Below are positions 18,406-27,944 of a stretch of 64,000 bases of DNA, in pieces. The position numbers were made by a program, and so were the translations under genes. The notes under the pieces are model-generated. The model was not told the DNA's origin, did no database searches, and saw only the letters and a list, made by a program, of their open reading frames with translations. Position 1 is the stretch's first letter. Every line of letters begins with the position of its first letter. Source of the DNA: a virus; the IMG/VR virus record IMGVR_UViG_3300009506_000014, positions 13,156-77,155 of that record; one strand, given 5' to 3'.

Positions 18406-19800
18406 TCATATTTTAATCTCCTTTTTGTGATACCATGACATTCCGGGTGGTGACGCTTCGGCTTCAATTTCCAATGGTGTGATTATGAACCCCCAATGCT
18501 TTTGCAAGTCAACGACCATTATCTGATAGGCAAGCTCTAAGAAATCCTTCAGTTCCTTTTTGAGTATGTCTCCAACTATACTATCATGTATCTGTCCTAT
18601 TAATAATGACTTCATTTTATATTTACGCATCATCTTTTCAAGCCTGATTAGCGACCATAAGAGACAATGAAAACATACTGATTGAACCGGGGTATTAATG
18701 ACTTGGTTTCTATCGAAGTAACCGTGAACAGTAAAACCGCTCAGGATGTCAATAGCACAGGTCTTCAAATATCTTTCATAGTGACTATCTTTCCACTGGT
18801 TATAAACCTTAAACTTTTTATTCCAAAAATGGTCTTCAACTTTCTCAATGTGATGTTCAAAGTCTTCGTAACTATCAATTCCTTTTTTCTTCAGATGCTT
18901 TCTTAGTGACTTGCCGTTTCGGGTGTGTAGCTTTAATTTTGTTATGTTTTCCCACAGAGCCGATGCACAATTGCCAAAATAGTCACCATAGAATTGAGGG
19001 AATACAAAATTATTCTTGCCACAATATCTTATAATCCCTGCTCTCTTTTTATCATCCTTGTCATTTTCTATGGGAATTAGCTCTTCTTTCGGCAGCTTGA
19101 AACATTGCTGTGCCATGTCACGATGCAAGTCTTTTCTTTTATCATATAGATAGTCAATCATAACAGGGTCTTTATGATACCATGTCGCTCCATTGACTTC
19201 TATACCACCATAATCAAGCTCTACAATCTGTCTCTTACTCGACCGGGGGACAAAGCATTGCCTTATAAGCTCATTCATCATCGGGATTCTTATAGGCATG
19301 TTTTGAAAGTTTGGATGGTCACTACTACTTCGATGAGTAATGACAAGGTGAAGATTGAAAAAAGGATGAATAAAACCGTTTGTCACTTCACGTCTTATTC
19401 CCTTCAAATATGTATTGCAAGCCTTCTTTAATTTTTCAAGCTTCAGGAACATCTTGACATAAGGCTCACGGATTTGCATCAAGGCATGTTCATCGGTTTT
19501 TACTCTATCAGTCTTTGTCAATTCCTTTGCTTCATATCCCATAATATCAAAAAGAATATGTGCAAGTTGGGGACGTGAGCCTAATTTTAATCTTCGACCA
19601 TAATACTTTTCAAGTTTATGATAGACTTCCAGCTTTTTCATCTTGGTTGTCAACTTCTGCATTTTAAGCTCAGTGCTATCAATTGCATCTTCAAGGTATC
19701 TTGTGTCAATACATATACCGTTTGCTTCAATGCGTGACAAGGTCTTTGAGCCTTCAAGCATTAATTTCCGAGCATCTTGTGTTGTGGCTTTTATTATCAT
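18406..19800 (-). CDS. polA: family A DNA polymerase, polymerase domain
   Basis: RSSSDHPNFQNMP, LDYGGIE (motif A), KNNFVFPQFYG (motif B), QIHDS (motif C). Confidence 0.92.
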   Translation of the reverse strand: MIIKATTQDARKLMLEGSKTLSRIEANGICIDTRYLEDAIDSTELKMQKLTTKMKKLEVYHKLEKYYGRRLKLGSRPQLAHILFDIMGYEAKELTKTDRVKTDEHALMQIREPYVKMFLKLEKLKKACNTYLKGIRREVTNGFIHPFFNLHLVITHRSSSDHPNFQNMPIRIPMMNELIRQCFVPRSSKRQIVELDYGGIEVNGATWYHKDPVMIDYLYDKRKDLHRDMAQQCFKLPKEELIPIENDKDDKKRAGIIRYCGKNNFVFPQFYGDYFGNCASALWENITKLKLHTRNGKSLRKHLKKKGIDSYEDFEHHIEKVEDHFWNKKFKVYNQWKDSHYERYLKTCAIDILSGFTVHGYFDRNQVINTPVQSVCFHCLLWSLIRLEKMMRKYKMKSLLIGQIHDSIVGDILKKELKDFLELAYQIMVVDLQKHWGFIITPLEIEAEASPPGMSWYHKKEIKI

Positions 19801-20369
19801 ATATCTATAAGTTTGAATTTTTCTCTTGTTGACTTTGAAAAAGGATTACAATGTTTATGGTAGAATGTAGCGACACGTGGTGGGTGATTTGTTCTTATTC
19901 CTATAAAGACTCTTTTTACCACATCATAAGTTTTTGGATTTGGATTGGGCATCATAAGTTTATGATATATTATAAAAAGTCCCCCCGGTCTTAAAAACAC
20001 ATCAGCCTCTTTCGTCCACTTACTATATTTTAATTTTGGTGTCCCGTAGACATCCTTTGATTCTTTATTACTATATGGCGGGTCGGCAAGTATAATATCA
20101 AAACTTTCTTTTCTCTTTTTTAGATGTCTTGATAATTCGTGTATGTCGCAACATAGTTTTGGTTTAACAAGTGGTCTTATATCAACTCGATATCCTATCT
20201 TACACATACCACAAAAGAGACTCAAAACTTTTGCATTTCTATCCCTTAATATATTTCTTGCTAATCTGATAAGTCTCTCTTCAGCATATAAAGGCATTCC
20301 ACCTTTATATGAATCTTTTTTTGGTCTCGGCAATACCCAAGCGATATTTTTACATTTTAAGTTTATCAT
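19797..20369 (-). CDS. putative N6-adenine/N4-cytosine methyltransferase
   Basis: VLSLFCG motif I followed by ILADPPY. Confidence 0.65.
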   Translation of the reverse strand: MINLKCKNIAWVLPRPKKDSYKGGMPLYAEERLIRLARNILRDRNAKVLSLFCGMCKIGYRVDIRPLVKPKLCCDIHELSRHLKKRKESFDIILADPPYSNKESKDVYGTPKLKYSKWTKEADVFLRPGGLFIIYHKLMMPNPNPKTYDVVKRVFIGIRTNHPPRVATFYHKHCNPFSKSTREKFKLIDI

Positions 20370-20372
20370 CTA

Positions 20373-20609
20373 TTATTTATCAACTCGGCATTCTTTAAGA
20401 AGAGTAAATATATATCTGCATAAGGTGAAAATATCATTACATGTCATTGTTTTAGTTGCAAATTTTTTATTCTTCACAAGCTTATAAAGTATCGCTGTAC
20501 TCCTGAATAAGCTTTCTGTCTCATCTTCTATTTTCTTGCAAAGCTCTTCAAACTCTTCCGGTGACATATTATCGGTATCAATTACTTTTCTAATCTTCTC
20601 TGTCGCCAT
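20373..20609 (-). CDS. hypothetical protein
   Basis: 78-aa ORF in the operon. Confidence 0.5.
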   Translation of the reverse strand: MATEKIRKVIDTDNMSPEEFEELCKKIEDETESLFRSTAILYKLVKNKKFATKTMTCNDIFTLCRYIFTLLKECRVDK

Positions 20610-21832
20610 CGTTCAAATCTCTCCAATTCATCCTCTTGAAATTTTTGTACTTCGGAAGTCACTCTACTATCGAGTCCACCATATAACAGTAAATCCCTCA
20701 TATCCAATTCATGTATCCTGTTATATGGTGACTTTCCTTTTTGTTTCAGATAAGGTGCTATATGCTCATCGTATATTGGCAAGCCTAACTTTGTGAATGC
20801 CTGAAAGTTTAATGATGTCACACCGGGTCTGCTATCAAGTATATGTGCTGTCACCATAGTATCCCAATACCAGTTGTTAGCATCCTTACCAAAAGCGTAT
20901 CTTGTCCATCGTGACTCAAACTTTATGTTTTGGGCAATCTTTCTGGCTCTGTTTCTTACCATCTTGAAAAAAGGCTCTTTGACAATATCAGCAAACGGGA
21001 AGCTTATTGTCTCCAAGTTGTTCACGCAGACGGAGCAGGTGACTATCTCGGCCTTTTCCCTTTCAGGTTTGAGGCAGTTTGATTCATAATCATAAGTAAT
21101 CTTGTTTCTCTTGTTGTCAAAGTCTTTGGCGATAACTTTCAAAAGTCTCGCTGCCTTTGACGGATTTGTCAATATCTCAATCTGGCTTTTATAGTCCGGG
21201 ACTTCCCGGAATGGTTTTGATTTAAGCCTTATTGCTCTTTTGATGTCACGCACAAACAATCTATTCAATGCCTTGTTGCCCTGCCTGAGTAAATAAGCAG
21301 GGTGATAGGTGGGACATATCCAAGCATTCAATCTTTGGCATGGTATTTGGAAACTGGCCCATTGACCTATCTTTAAGTCACGCTCTCTGTCTTTGTAGAG
21401 CATTCCTATTAATGATTCTACAGCTACACCCCCAAGTAATATGATGACATTCGGTTTGAATGTCATGATTTCTTTTACAATATTTGGTCTGCAAGCTTCT
21501 ATCTGTTCTGTTTTGGGTTTATCGTTAAATGGTGGTCTGCAAGTCACGGCATTTGTTCTTCGACAATCTCGGTCGAAGTCAACGCCATGATTGTCAAGAA
21601 CATATCTGAGCATTTGTCCTGATTCACCTACAAGCTCCAAGCCCTGCTCATCCTCTTCTTTGCCCGGAGCTTCAGCAATAAAAAGAATCTTCTTTTGTCC
21701 CTTGCCATGTGGTTTCATGCATGGTGACAAACATTTCTTATAGAGCTTACAGAGTCCGCACTTGGCTACCCTGTTCTCCTGTAGCTTGTCACTCATACCC
21801 ATTTCGGATTTTGAAAAGAAAGCTTTTCTCAT
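20582..21832 (-). CDS. family-4 uracil-DNA glycosylase domain fused to a 3'-5' exonuclease (N-half of split DNA polymerase)
   Basis: CGLC, AEAPG, CRPP, TYHPAYLLR; exonuclease motifs YDYES, NIKFE, YGGLDS. Confidence 0.88.
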   Translation of the reverse strand: MRKAFFSKSEMGMSDKLQENRVAKCGLCKLYKKCLSPCMKPHGKGQKKILFIAEAPGKEEDEQGLELVGESGQMLRYVLDNHGVDFDRDCRRTNAVTCRPPFNDKPKTEQIEACRPNIVKEIMTFKPNVIILLGGVAVESLIGMLYKDRERDLKIGQWASFQIPCQRLNAWICPTYHPAYLLRQGNKALNRLFVRDIKRAIRLKSKPFREVPDYKSQIEILTNPSKAARLLKVIAKDFDNKRNKITYDYESNCLKPEREKAEIVTCSVCVNNLETISFPFADIVKEPFFKMVRNRARKIAQNIKFESRWTRYAFGKDANNWYWDTMVTAHILDSRPGVTSLNFQAFTKLGLPIYDEHIAPYLKQKGKSPYNRIHELDMRDLLLYGGLDSRVTSEVQKFQEDELERFERWRQRRLEK

Positions 21833-22854
21833 TTCTTTTTCTTCTTGACTAAGTGCAGGGCTGAGACATATACAAAATTCTCGCCTGTCACTTTTATTAA
21901 TCTTTTTGTTACCTCACAACTATCAAATCTTTCAACAATCTGACTCAATTGTGCAGGATGTATTTTGAATTTTATTGTGTCACCTTTGTAGCTTGCCTTT
22001 TTTGCTTCCTTGTATATGCCCCGGTCACCTTTACCTGTAACGATAACCTTGCCCATTTCAAGTGTCACAAAGATTTTATTATCCTTTTCATCCAGTTTAT
22101 CCGAAGCAAAAATCTCTGCACGTTCGGCTGTCTCTTTGATTCCTTTCGGCAGGATTGTGACTTTGCCCCTCTCTTTCAAGACCTCATCTATCTCCGGGAA
22201 TGTCTCTTTATATCTCCGGCATGAGAACACAAGCCCTGTCTGGTTTTTGAATGACACCCATGTATCTGTAATGCCAATGTGTGTCATGTTCAGGGTCACA
22301 ACAAACTTAACTGCTTCACGCTTAACACTCACATTCTCTTTTATTTTTGTGGACACTTCATACCTTGCAGCTTCATATCCGTCACAAGCTTCTATATGCT
22401 CAGGTGTAATATGAATAATGGTTGCTGTCCCTACAGCGTTCTTTGCTGTTGTTGCACACTGCTGGACAAGATTTAATCCATCAATGAAATTACCATCAAG
22501 CTTGTGCCACTTTGTTGCCACATCAAGATTTTCTTCGATGGGAAGCAGGAGCTTCCGGGTGACTCTAATACTGCATCTTTTGTTCCTGCCTTTTATCACA
22601 AGCTTCTTTTTATCCTCAATGTCAATATCAAGCTCGTCTTCTGTCAACTTTCTGAGAATGCTCAGAAACAACCGGGCCGGGACAGCAGCTTTGATATCAA
22701 GGCTACATTTCATAACACATGCAATCTCTTCGTTGTATGTCATCACCATGCCATCCTTAAATACAAAACAGGTGGACTGTTCCACATCATCACGTTCTGC
22801 CAATCCAGCAAAAACAGAATCAAGCTCTTTTAATAAATCTTCACGTTTCACCAT
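21829..22854 (-). CDS. sliding clamp (DNA pol III beta-like)
   Basis: size, VPARLF.SILRKL, EACDG, FP motifs; context with clamp loader. Confidence 0.7.
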   Translation of the reverse strand: MVKREDLLKELDSVFAGLAERDDVEQSTCFVFKDGMVMTYNEEIACVMKCSLDIKAAVPARLFLSILRKLTEDELDIDIEDKKKLVIKGRNKRCSIRVTRKLLLPIEENLDVATKWHKLDGNFIDGLNLVQQCATTAKNAVGTATIIHITPEHIEACDGYEAARYEVSTKIKENVSVKREAVKFVVTLNMTHIGITDTWVSFKNQTGLVFSCRRYKETFPEIDEVLKERGKVTILPKGIKETAERAEIFASDKLDEKDNKIFVTLEMGKVIVTGKGDRGIYKEAKKASYKGDTIKFKIHPAQLSQIVERFDSCEVTKRLIKVTGENFVYVSALHLVKKKKK

Positions 22855-22877
22855 GTCACTATTCCTTTATAAAAAGT

Positions 22878-22964
22878 GTTGGCTCTGCGTCTTGGAGAGG
22901 GTGATGAAAAGCCTTTTGCACAGCAAGCCATAGCGAACAAAAGGGTATGTCACGCAGAGCCAAC
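22878..22964. ncRNA. structured intergenic element
   Basis: perfect 13-bp IR gttggctctgcgt/acgcagagccaac enclosing ccttttg/caaaagg. Confidence 0.5.
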
Positions 22965-22977
22965 GAGAAACAAAATG

Positions 22978-23628
22978 TCACGATTTGAATTGTTTTTTGC
23001 CTTTCTTGGTAAACTCAAATCGTCCCTTGGCTGTCTTCCTTGCACGCCCGGCAGCAATGAGCTTATTCAGATAGTGGTAATAAGAGCCTGTCTCCATGCC
23101 AAGGGCTTTGAGAATATATTTGTAGGACAGGGGCTTTTTTGCTTTAGCCAAGGTAACATTAATCTTATGATAATTTGTTGTCATCTTTTCGCCAAAAGCA
23201 TCTGTCTCTACCTTCGATTTCTTCTTGGGTGGTGACTTCTTGGTCTTGGTTTTGGTTTTTTCTTTCTTTGACTTTTTGGTTTTTTCTTTCTTCTCTGCCA
23301 TTTCTTCTTGTCCTTTCTTTAATTGCTTATCAAATTCTTTTTGTTCGGCTTTGTCTTTTTCAAACTCGGCCTTTGGAATACGTAATTTAATCTTAGTGAC
23401 ATTATCCTCATCTGCATTGTCAAAGATTTCCTGAATTACTTCATCAAGCTCTTCATCCCCTGTCCCTGTCTCTTTGCCAAGCCACTGCGGAAGCTTTGCA
23501 AGTTTTCTTTTCAGTTTCTTGTTGCTCCAATTTGCCGCATCTTTTATATGCAACGCTTCAAAGATACGCAAGGCAATTTTTTTCTTTACTCTAACAATTT
23601 GCTGCTCAGCCATAATTAACACCTTCAC
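22978..23628 (-). CDS. Lys-rich protein with probable C-terminal winged HTH
   Basis: PLSYKYILKALGM...YLNKLIAAG...GRFEFT. Confidence 0.55.
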   Translation of the reverse strand: MKVLIMAEQQIVRVKKKIALRIFEALHIKDAANWSNKKLKRKLAKLPQWLGKETGTGDEELDEVIQEIFDNADEDNVTKIKLRIPKAEFEKDKAEQKEFDKQLKKGQEEMAEKKEKTKKSKKEKTKTKTKKSPPKKKSKVETDAFGEKMTTNYHKINVTLAKAKKPLSYKYILKALGMETGSYYHYLNKLIAAGRARKTAKGRFEFTKKGKKQFKS

Positions 23629-23674
23629 TTTCTTTTAACTTAATTTGCTTGTATCTGGACATTAAACTCATTAT

Positions 23675-23706
23675 ATTATAGTCGGCTGTCCAAGAAACGT
23701 GACCAA
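23675..23706 (-). promoter_or_regulatory. putative promoter TTGGTCAC-N18-TATAAT
   Basis: matches 17320-17351. Confidence 0.6.
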
Positions 23707-23713
23707 AATAATT

Positions 23714-23956
23714 TTATCTGCCAAGGAAATTTTTCAGCTTGGTTGCTATCTTCATCACACTGTCAATCTGTGTATTCCATCTTGTGTTCATAGCAACGGC
23801 TTTAATAAGGGGAAGTGACCTTCCTTCTGTCACTAACTCTTCAACAAATTCCCGAACGGTACGCCTATGGATATTGGCTTTTTCCTTTTTTGGTATCACT
23901 TTGTTGTCCCTTCCATATATTTCTTTGCTTGCAGATTCATCCAAACACGCTCCCAC
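23714..23956 (-). CDS. hypothetical protein
   Basis: ORF in the operon; start uncertain. Confidence 0.4.
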   Translation of the reverse strand: MGACLDESASKEIYGRDNKVIPKKEKANIHRRTVREFVEELVTEGRSLPLIKAVAMNTRWNTQIDSVMKIATKLKNFLGR

Positions 23957-24324
23957 TTATCCCTTGTCTCTGTGCCATACTTCCCATCCGCCTCAATTGG
24001 ATTCTCAGGTTCAAGCTCGTTAAGCTTTTTCTGAATGTCAATCAGGTTTGGGAATTCAAGAAACACTGCCCTCATATCTTTTACGTATGTCACTTTGGCA
24101 TTACTTATTGCTACAAGAGCAAAAGCAAGAGCTATAAACAACACCATAAGAAGACAAACGATTTCTCCTCTTGTCACTTTTCCTTTACCATAGAATTTTT
24201 TGTAGATTCTGCTTTGTCCTTCTTTTCTTAATTTTGCAAACATCTTATCTGCTTCCATAAAAAGTTTGTCCCCCTCTTGAAACAACTTGTCTACCTCATT
24301 AAATAATTCTTTGTCACTGCTCAT
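23896..24324 (-). CDS. membrane-anchored protein with a peptidoglycan-binding-like C-terminus
   Basis: TM IVCLLMVLFIALAFALVAI; IQKKLN...ADGKYGTET. Confidence 0.55.
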   Translation of the reverse strand: MSSDKELFNEVDKLFQEGDKLFMEADKMFAKLRKEGQSRIYKKFYGKGKVTRGEIVCLLMVLFIALAFALVAISNAKVTYVKDMRAVFLEFPNLIDIQKKLNELEPENPIEADGKYGTETRDKWERVWMNLQAKKYMEGTTK

Positions 24325-25736
24325 TTTGTTTCCCTTTCAAAAAGACAACTTTTCACAGCCGGATTTCCCACAGTGAGACATCCGGCGACATGGACACAAG
24401 CCATAGGGTCGAAGTCTTCCTCTCTCAATACTACCCAATTCAGCCTGTAAAGTCCAAGTCTTTTTTCCTGCTTTGTTCTATTGATTCCAACCATACCTGT
24501 GACATGGGCAAGCTTTCTCTTATCGTTGCTGAAGTGTTTCATGCCTATGGTCTTTGAAGTGTAGCTTGCTGCATCGGATTGTGTAGCGGTCACAACCAAG
24601 CAGTGTAGCTCCTGTGACATCCTACGCATCTGTTTCCAAGTTTCATCTATTCTGTCCCGGCCATCGAACCCATAATAATTCATATCAAGAATATCGGCGT
24701 AGTCAATAATTATAATATCAGGATGCCAACCATTATTAATCCAGCCTTGTGACATACTCTTAATCTGATTCACATTGATAGATGAGTTAGGGTGTGTTGA
24801 TACTTTGAGATAGCTATGCTCTGTCCCCATCTTCCTCTTTTGTATGGTCTGCATAGCCTTCCAAGCTTTACGCCATGACAAATATTTTTTACTTATCCGC
24901 TCTTCGTGTTTAACCTTGGCTATGCCTTTGCGTGACTCTGGTTGCTTTATCCTTATGGGATACTCATAGGTTTTCGGCTTGATAGGTTTCTTTGCACTTC
25001 GGATGCAGAACCGCTTGACCAATTGACGTTCAGACAGGTCACCCACTTCAAAGAACGCCACTCTTCTTTTCTGAAGCATTGCCCTGTATGCAAGGTCAAT
25101 CAACCACCAAGTCTTTCCTCTTTTCTCCGGGCCTAAGAAAGAAATAAAACCGTCACGCTCCAAGGCATGTCCGAAAAACTTTCCAAGTGCCCCCGGATAC
25201 TGCACAAGGATTTCACTTTGATATTCAAACGCTTCCCGGATGACATCGGGATTCTGAAAAAGGTCTATCCCCCTGCCCATTCCGATATCAATTGTTCGGT
25301 AAGCTTCTATCTTTTGAATTGCTGTGTCAACTTCCCCATCACTTATATCATCTTCGATGTCATCAATCATTCGGCTGAGCTTGACTGAATTGAAGTAATG
25401 CCTTGCAATATCAAGAGCATAATCGGCATTGATGTTTTCCTGTAGCTCTTCGTACTCGTCACTTAACTCACTCAGGAAGCTTGCCAAGTGCTTAATCAAA
25501 TCCTTATCTTTTTTCTTCAAGCTCCAACGCTCAAATATCTCTTCGATTTTTGAGCCGGGGGCTTCATTGTATTTGTTGTAATAACGAACACACCATTGAC
25601 ATATCAGGTTAGCTGCGGTACTCTGAAATAAGTCACGGCTGTAATACGTTGCGATGTTTGACAATACATACTTATCAACAATCATCGCAATTAATACTTT
25701 TCTTTCTTTATTGTCAACTTTCTTTTTTATCTTCAT
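24321..25736 (-). CDS. DnaB-like replicative helicase
   Basis: GPEKRGKT, IIIDYADIL, VVTATQ. Confidence 0.88.
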   Translation of the reverse strand: MKIKKKVDNKERKVLIAMIVDKYVLSNIATYYSRDLFQSTAANLICQWCVRYYNKYNEAPGSKIEEIFERWSLKKKDKDLIKHLASFLSELSDEYEELQENINADYALDIARHYFNSVKLSRMIDDIEDDISDGEVDTAIQKIEAYRTIDIGMGRGIDLFQNPDVIREAFEYQSEILVQYPGALGKFFGHALERDGFISFLGPEKRGKTWWLIDLAYRAMLQKRRVAFFEVGDLSERQLVKRFCIRSAKKPIKPKTYEYPIRIKQPESRKGIAKVKHEERISKKYLSWRKAWKAMQTIQKRKMGTEHSYLKVSTHPNSSINVNQIKSMSQGWINNGWHPDIIIIDYADILDMNYYGFDGRDRIDETWKQMRRMSQELHCLVVTATQSDAASYTSKTIGMKHFSNDKRKLAHVTGMVGINRTKQEKRLGLYRLNWVVLREEDFDPMACVHVAGCLTVGNPAVKSCLFERETK

Positions 25737-25889
25737 AAATACCCCTATAAATACCCCTGTTTTTTAACATCCCTGTAAATAGCCATTAAACCTATACCCA
25801 AATATCCTAAAATGAGCCAATTCCAGCCCCACAGAGCCACGAACGGACTCATTTTAGTACAATGGTAGCCCCTGCCTGATTTTCGGGCC

Positions 25890-27119
25890 TCAGACGGCCT
25901 TGTGGAGCTTTTTTTGGTATTGCTTCCAGAGCATTCCATCCCCGGAATAATCTTCGGATATTTCGGCACATTGTTTTTTGAAATAATCACAATCCACTTT
26001 CCATATATATGTTGACAGGTTTCCACTCCATGATTCCCAATTGATAATCCGCTTGTGGATATCTGTCAAGTATTGAATTATATATTCCTGCGGTTCATGT
26101 AAAGAATCTTCAAGGTGACTGGCAAACATCCGGGTCTGTTTCTTCAGCTTGTCCTGTAGCTCTGAGTTTGCTTTCAGAAATGCCCGGTAATTCTTAAGAG
26201 ACTTGGCAACCACTTCAGGCAATTGGCTTGAAGCTCCTTTGGGCCAAGATAGGTCATCAACTTCTTTCAAGACTATTCTTGCTGTTTTTGTCAACTTGAT
26301 TTTCTTGACACTTCTTTTCTCTTTGTCGATTCGCATTACATTCTCAATCATCAGAAACTTGTCCCGGAATGAGATTGCCGAAAAGACATTGGGCACATAT
26401 CTCTTACCATAATTTTTACACAGCCAGTTCAGGACAGTTTTTATTCTATCCTTATCAGCACCATCGTCACGGTGAAGCTTCCTGAATTGGCGATGCCACA
26501 TTTTAATATCTGAGCTTTTGCCGGGACTGATTTTTAACTTGTTGGCGATGTTGATTCTCTTGTGTAGTCTATTGGCACACTTCCTGTAAAATTTTTCGTT
26601 GGACGTCATCACTCTCTCTGTGTCCAACCCTGATGGATTGGACGTAAGCATTTGTTTATTATTACTATAAGCATTTAAGATACCAGATACCCCTTTGGGT
26701 AGTGTATGGCGAATGGGGTATCTGGATTTTTTATGTGAAGAATGCTGATTTATGTCCTTTGGGACGCGTTTTTGCTCTAATTTTCCAGATACCCCTTTGG
26801 GTAGTGTATGGACATAATATTTTACCTTAATATAGTGTCCAATTATCCTGTTTTCCGTATCTCTTTTTTTGACATTTTTGATTAGCCCTATATCAATTAA
26901 TTTCTGCTTGTATTTAGTCACAGTGTCTTTCTTCCATTGCAGTGCGTTTGAGACATAAGAAGTAGTCACTTTTGGTTGGTTTGTTCTCTGCCAAATAGCA
27001 GTATAGTAATAGAAGATATAAAGAGCAATCAAGCGGTCGGGCCTGTCTTCTTTAAGCAGTATATCCATTGTGGCCTTTGGCAATACAATCGGTCTAAATT
27101 CTATGTCATCCGTGACCAT
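25890..27119 (-). CDS. putative replication initiator (N-terminal wHTH, internal iterons)
   Basis: between helicase and primase; internal 27-bp direct repeats. Confidence 0.55.
   Translation of the reverse strand: MVTDDIEFRPIVLPKATMDILLKEDRPDRLIALYIFYYYTAIWQRTNQPKVTTSYVSNALQWKKDTVTKYKQKLIDIGLIKNVKKRDTENRIIGHYIKVKYYVHTLPKGVSGKLEQKRVPKDINQHSSHKKSRYPIRHTLPKGVSGILNAYSNNKQMLTSNPSGLDTERVMTSNEKFYRKCANRLHKRINIANKLKISPGKSSDIKMWHRQFRKLHRDDGADKDRIKTVLNWLCKNYGKRYVPNVFSAISFRDKFLMIENVMRIDKEKRSVKKIKLTKTARIVLKEVDDLSWPKGASSQLPEVVAKSLKNYRAFLKANSELQDKLKKQTRMFASHLEDSLHEPQEYIIQYLTDIHKRIINWESWSGNLSTYIWKVDCDYFKKQCAEISEDYSGDGMLWKQYQKKLHKAV
26683..26811. repeat. 27-bp direct repeats plus partial inverted copy (candidate ori)
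   Basis: ccagatacccctttgggtagtgtatgg at 26683 and 26785; inverted ggggtatctgg at 26715. Confidence 0.8.
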
Positions 27120-27128
27120 GAATAACTC

Positions 27129-27569
27129 CTAAATACCTAAATTTTCTGTCTCTATCACTGGTGGATATGTTGGATTTTCAATACATAGATTTATCATCCA
27201 ATCAATATTATTCATTCTGTATTTTGGTAATTCATTGATACTAAAAATAGCAGTAATCTGTTTTGTGTCTTTTTTTGTCAGGATAGAAAATGTCTGTAAT
27301 GAAGTTGAAAAGATAAAAACAGTACCTCCGGGACAAATCATAGTCATTTGGTGTTTCCAATTAAAATATTTTCCAAATCCTATTTCCTCTTCTGATTCTC
27401 TTTTCATTGCTTCATGTGGTGTCTCTTCTTCTTCAATGTGACCACCAATACCATTCCATCGGTTTTGCATCCAAGGGCATGATGCTTGTTGAAGTAAAAC
27501 TTTTTTATTGTTTTTATCAAATAAAAATCCTAATACGTAATGCTCTCTTCTCATGGTGACTCCTTTCAA
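27129..27569 (-). CDS. NUDIX hydrolase
   Basis: GGHIEEEETPHEAMKRESEEEIG Nudix box. Confidence 0.9.
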   Translation of the reverse strand: MKGVTMRREHYVLGFLFDKNNKKVLLQQASCPWMQNRWNGIGGHIEEEETPHEAMKRESEEEIGFGKYFNWKHQMTMICPGGTVFIFSTSLQTFSILTKKDTKQITAIFSINELPKYRMNNIDWMINLCIENPTYPPVIETENLGI

Positions 27570-27580
27570 TTTATAGATTC

Positions 27581-27928
27581 CTAATGTACTAAGAATCTTG
27601 CATTTTCTATATTATGCTCTATGGCATATTTGGCAAACTCCATCAAAGTTTTTATTGCCCTCTTGACATTACCCTCAGTTGGATTCCAGTAATCACTTCT
27701 ATCAACATCGTCAATCAATGTATCATATACCATCTTTAATATTGTGTGACCTTGCTGTGCTGTCAATCCATTAAGCTGTTTGAAATCAAAATGAATAGCA
27801 TAATTATATGTCACATTAAGCTCAGCCATTTTATGACCACCAACTACCTGTGTCCCACCTTCCTGTCTAATTACATCTGTCTCAATTACTTTTTCCGTAT
27901 TATTGACTAAGCGTATCCACCAACTCAT
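27581..27928 (-). CDS. hypothetical phage protein
   Basis: NVTYNY...DYWNPTEGN; RBS present. Confidence 0.65.
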   Translation of the reverse strand: MSWWIRLVNNTEKVIETDVIRQEGGTQVVGGHKMAELNVTYNYAIHFDFKQLNGLTAQQGHTILKMVYDTLIDDVDRSDYWNPTEGNVKRAIKTLMEFAKYAIEHNIENARFLVH

Positions 27929-27944
27929 GTCATTCTCCTTCCTC

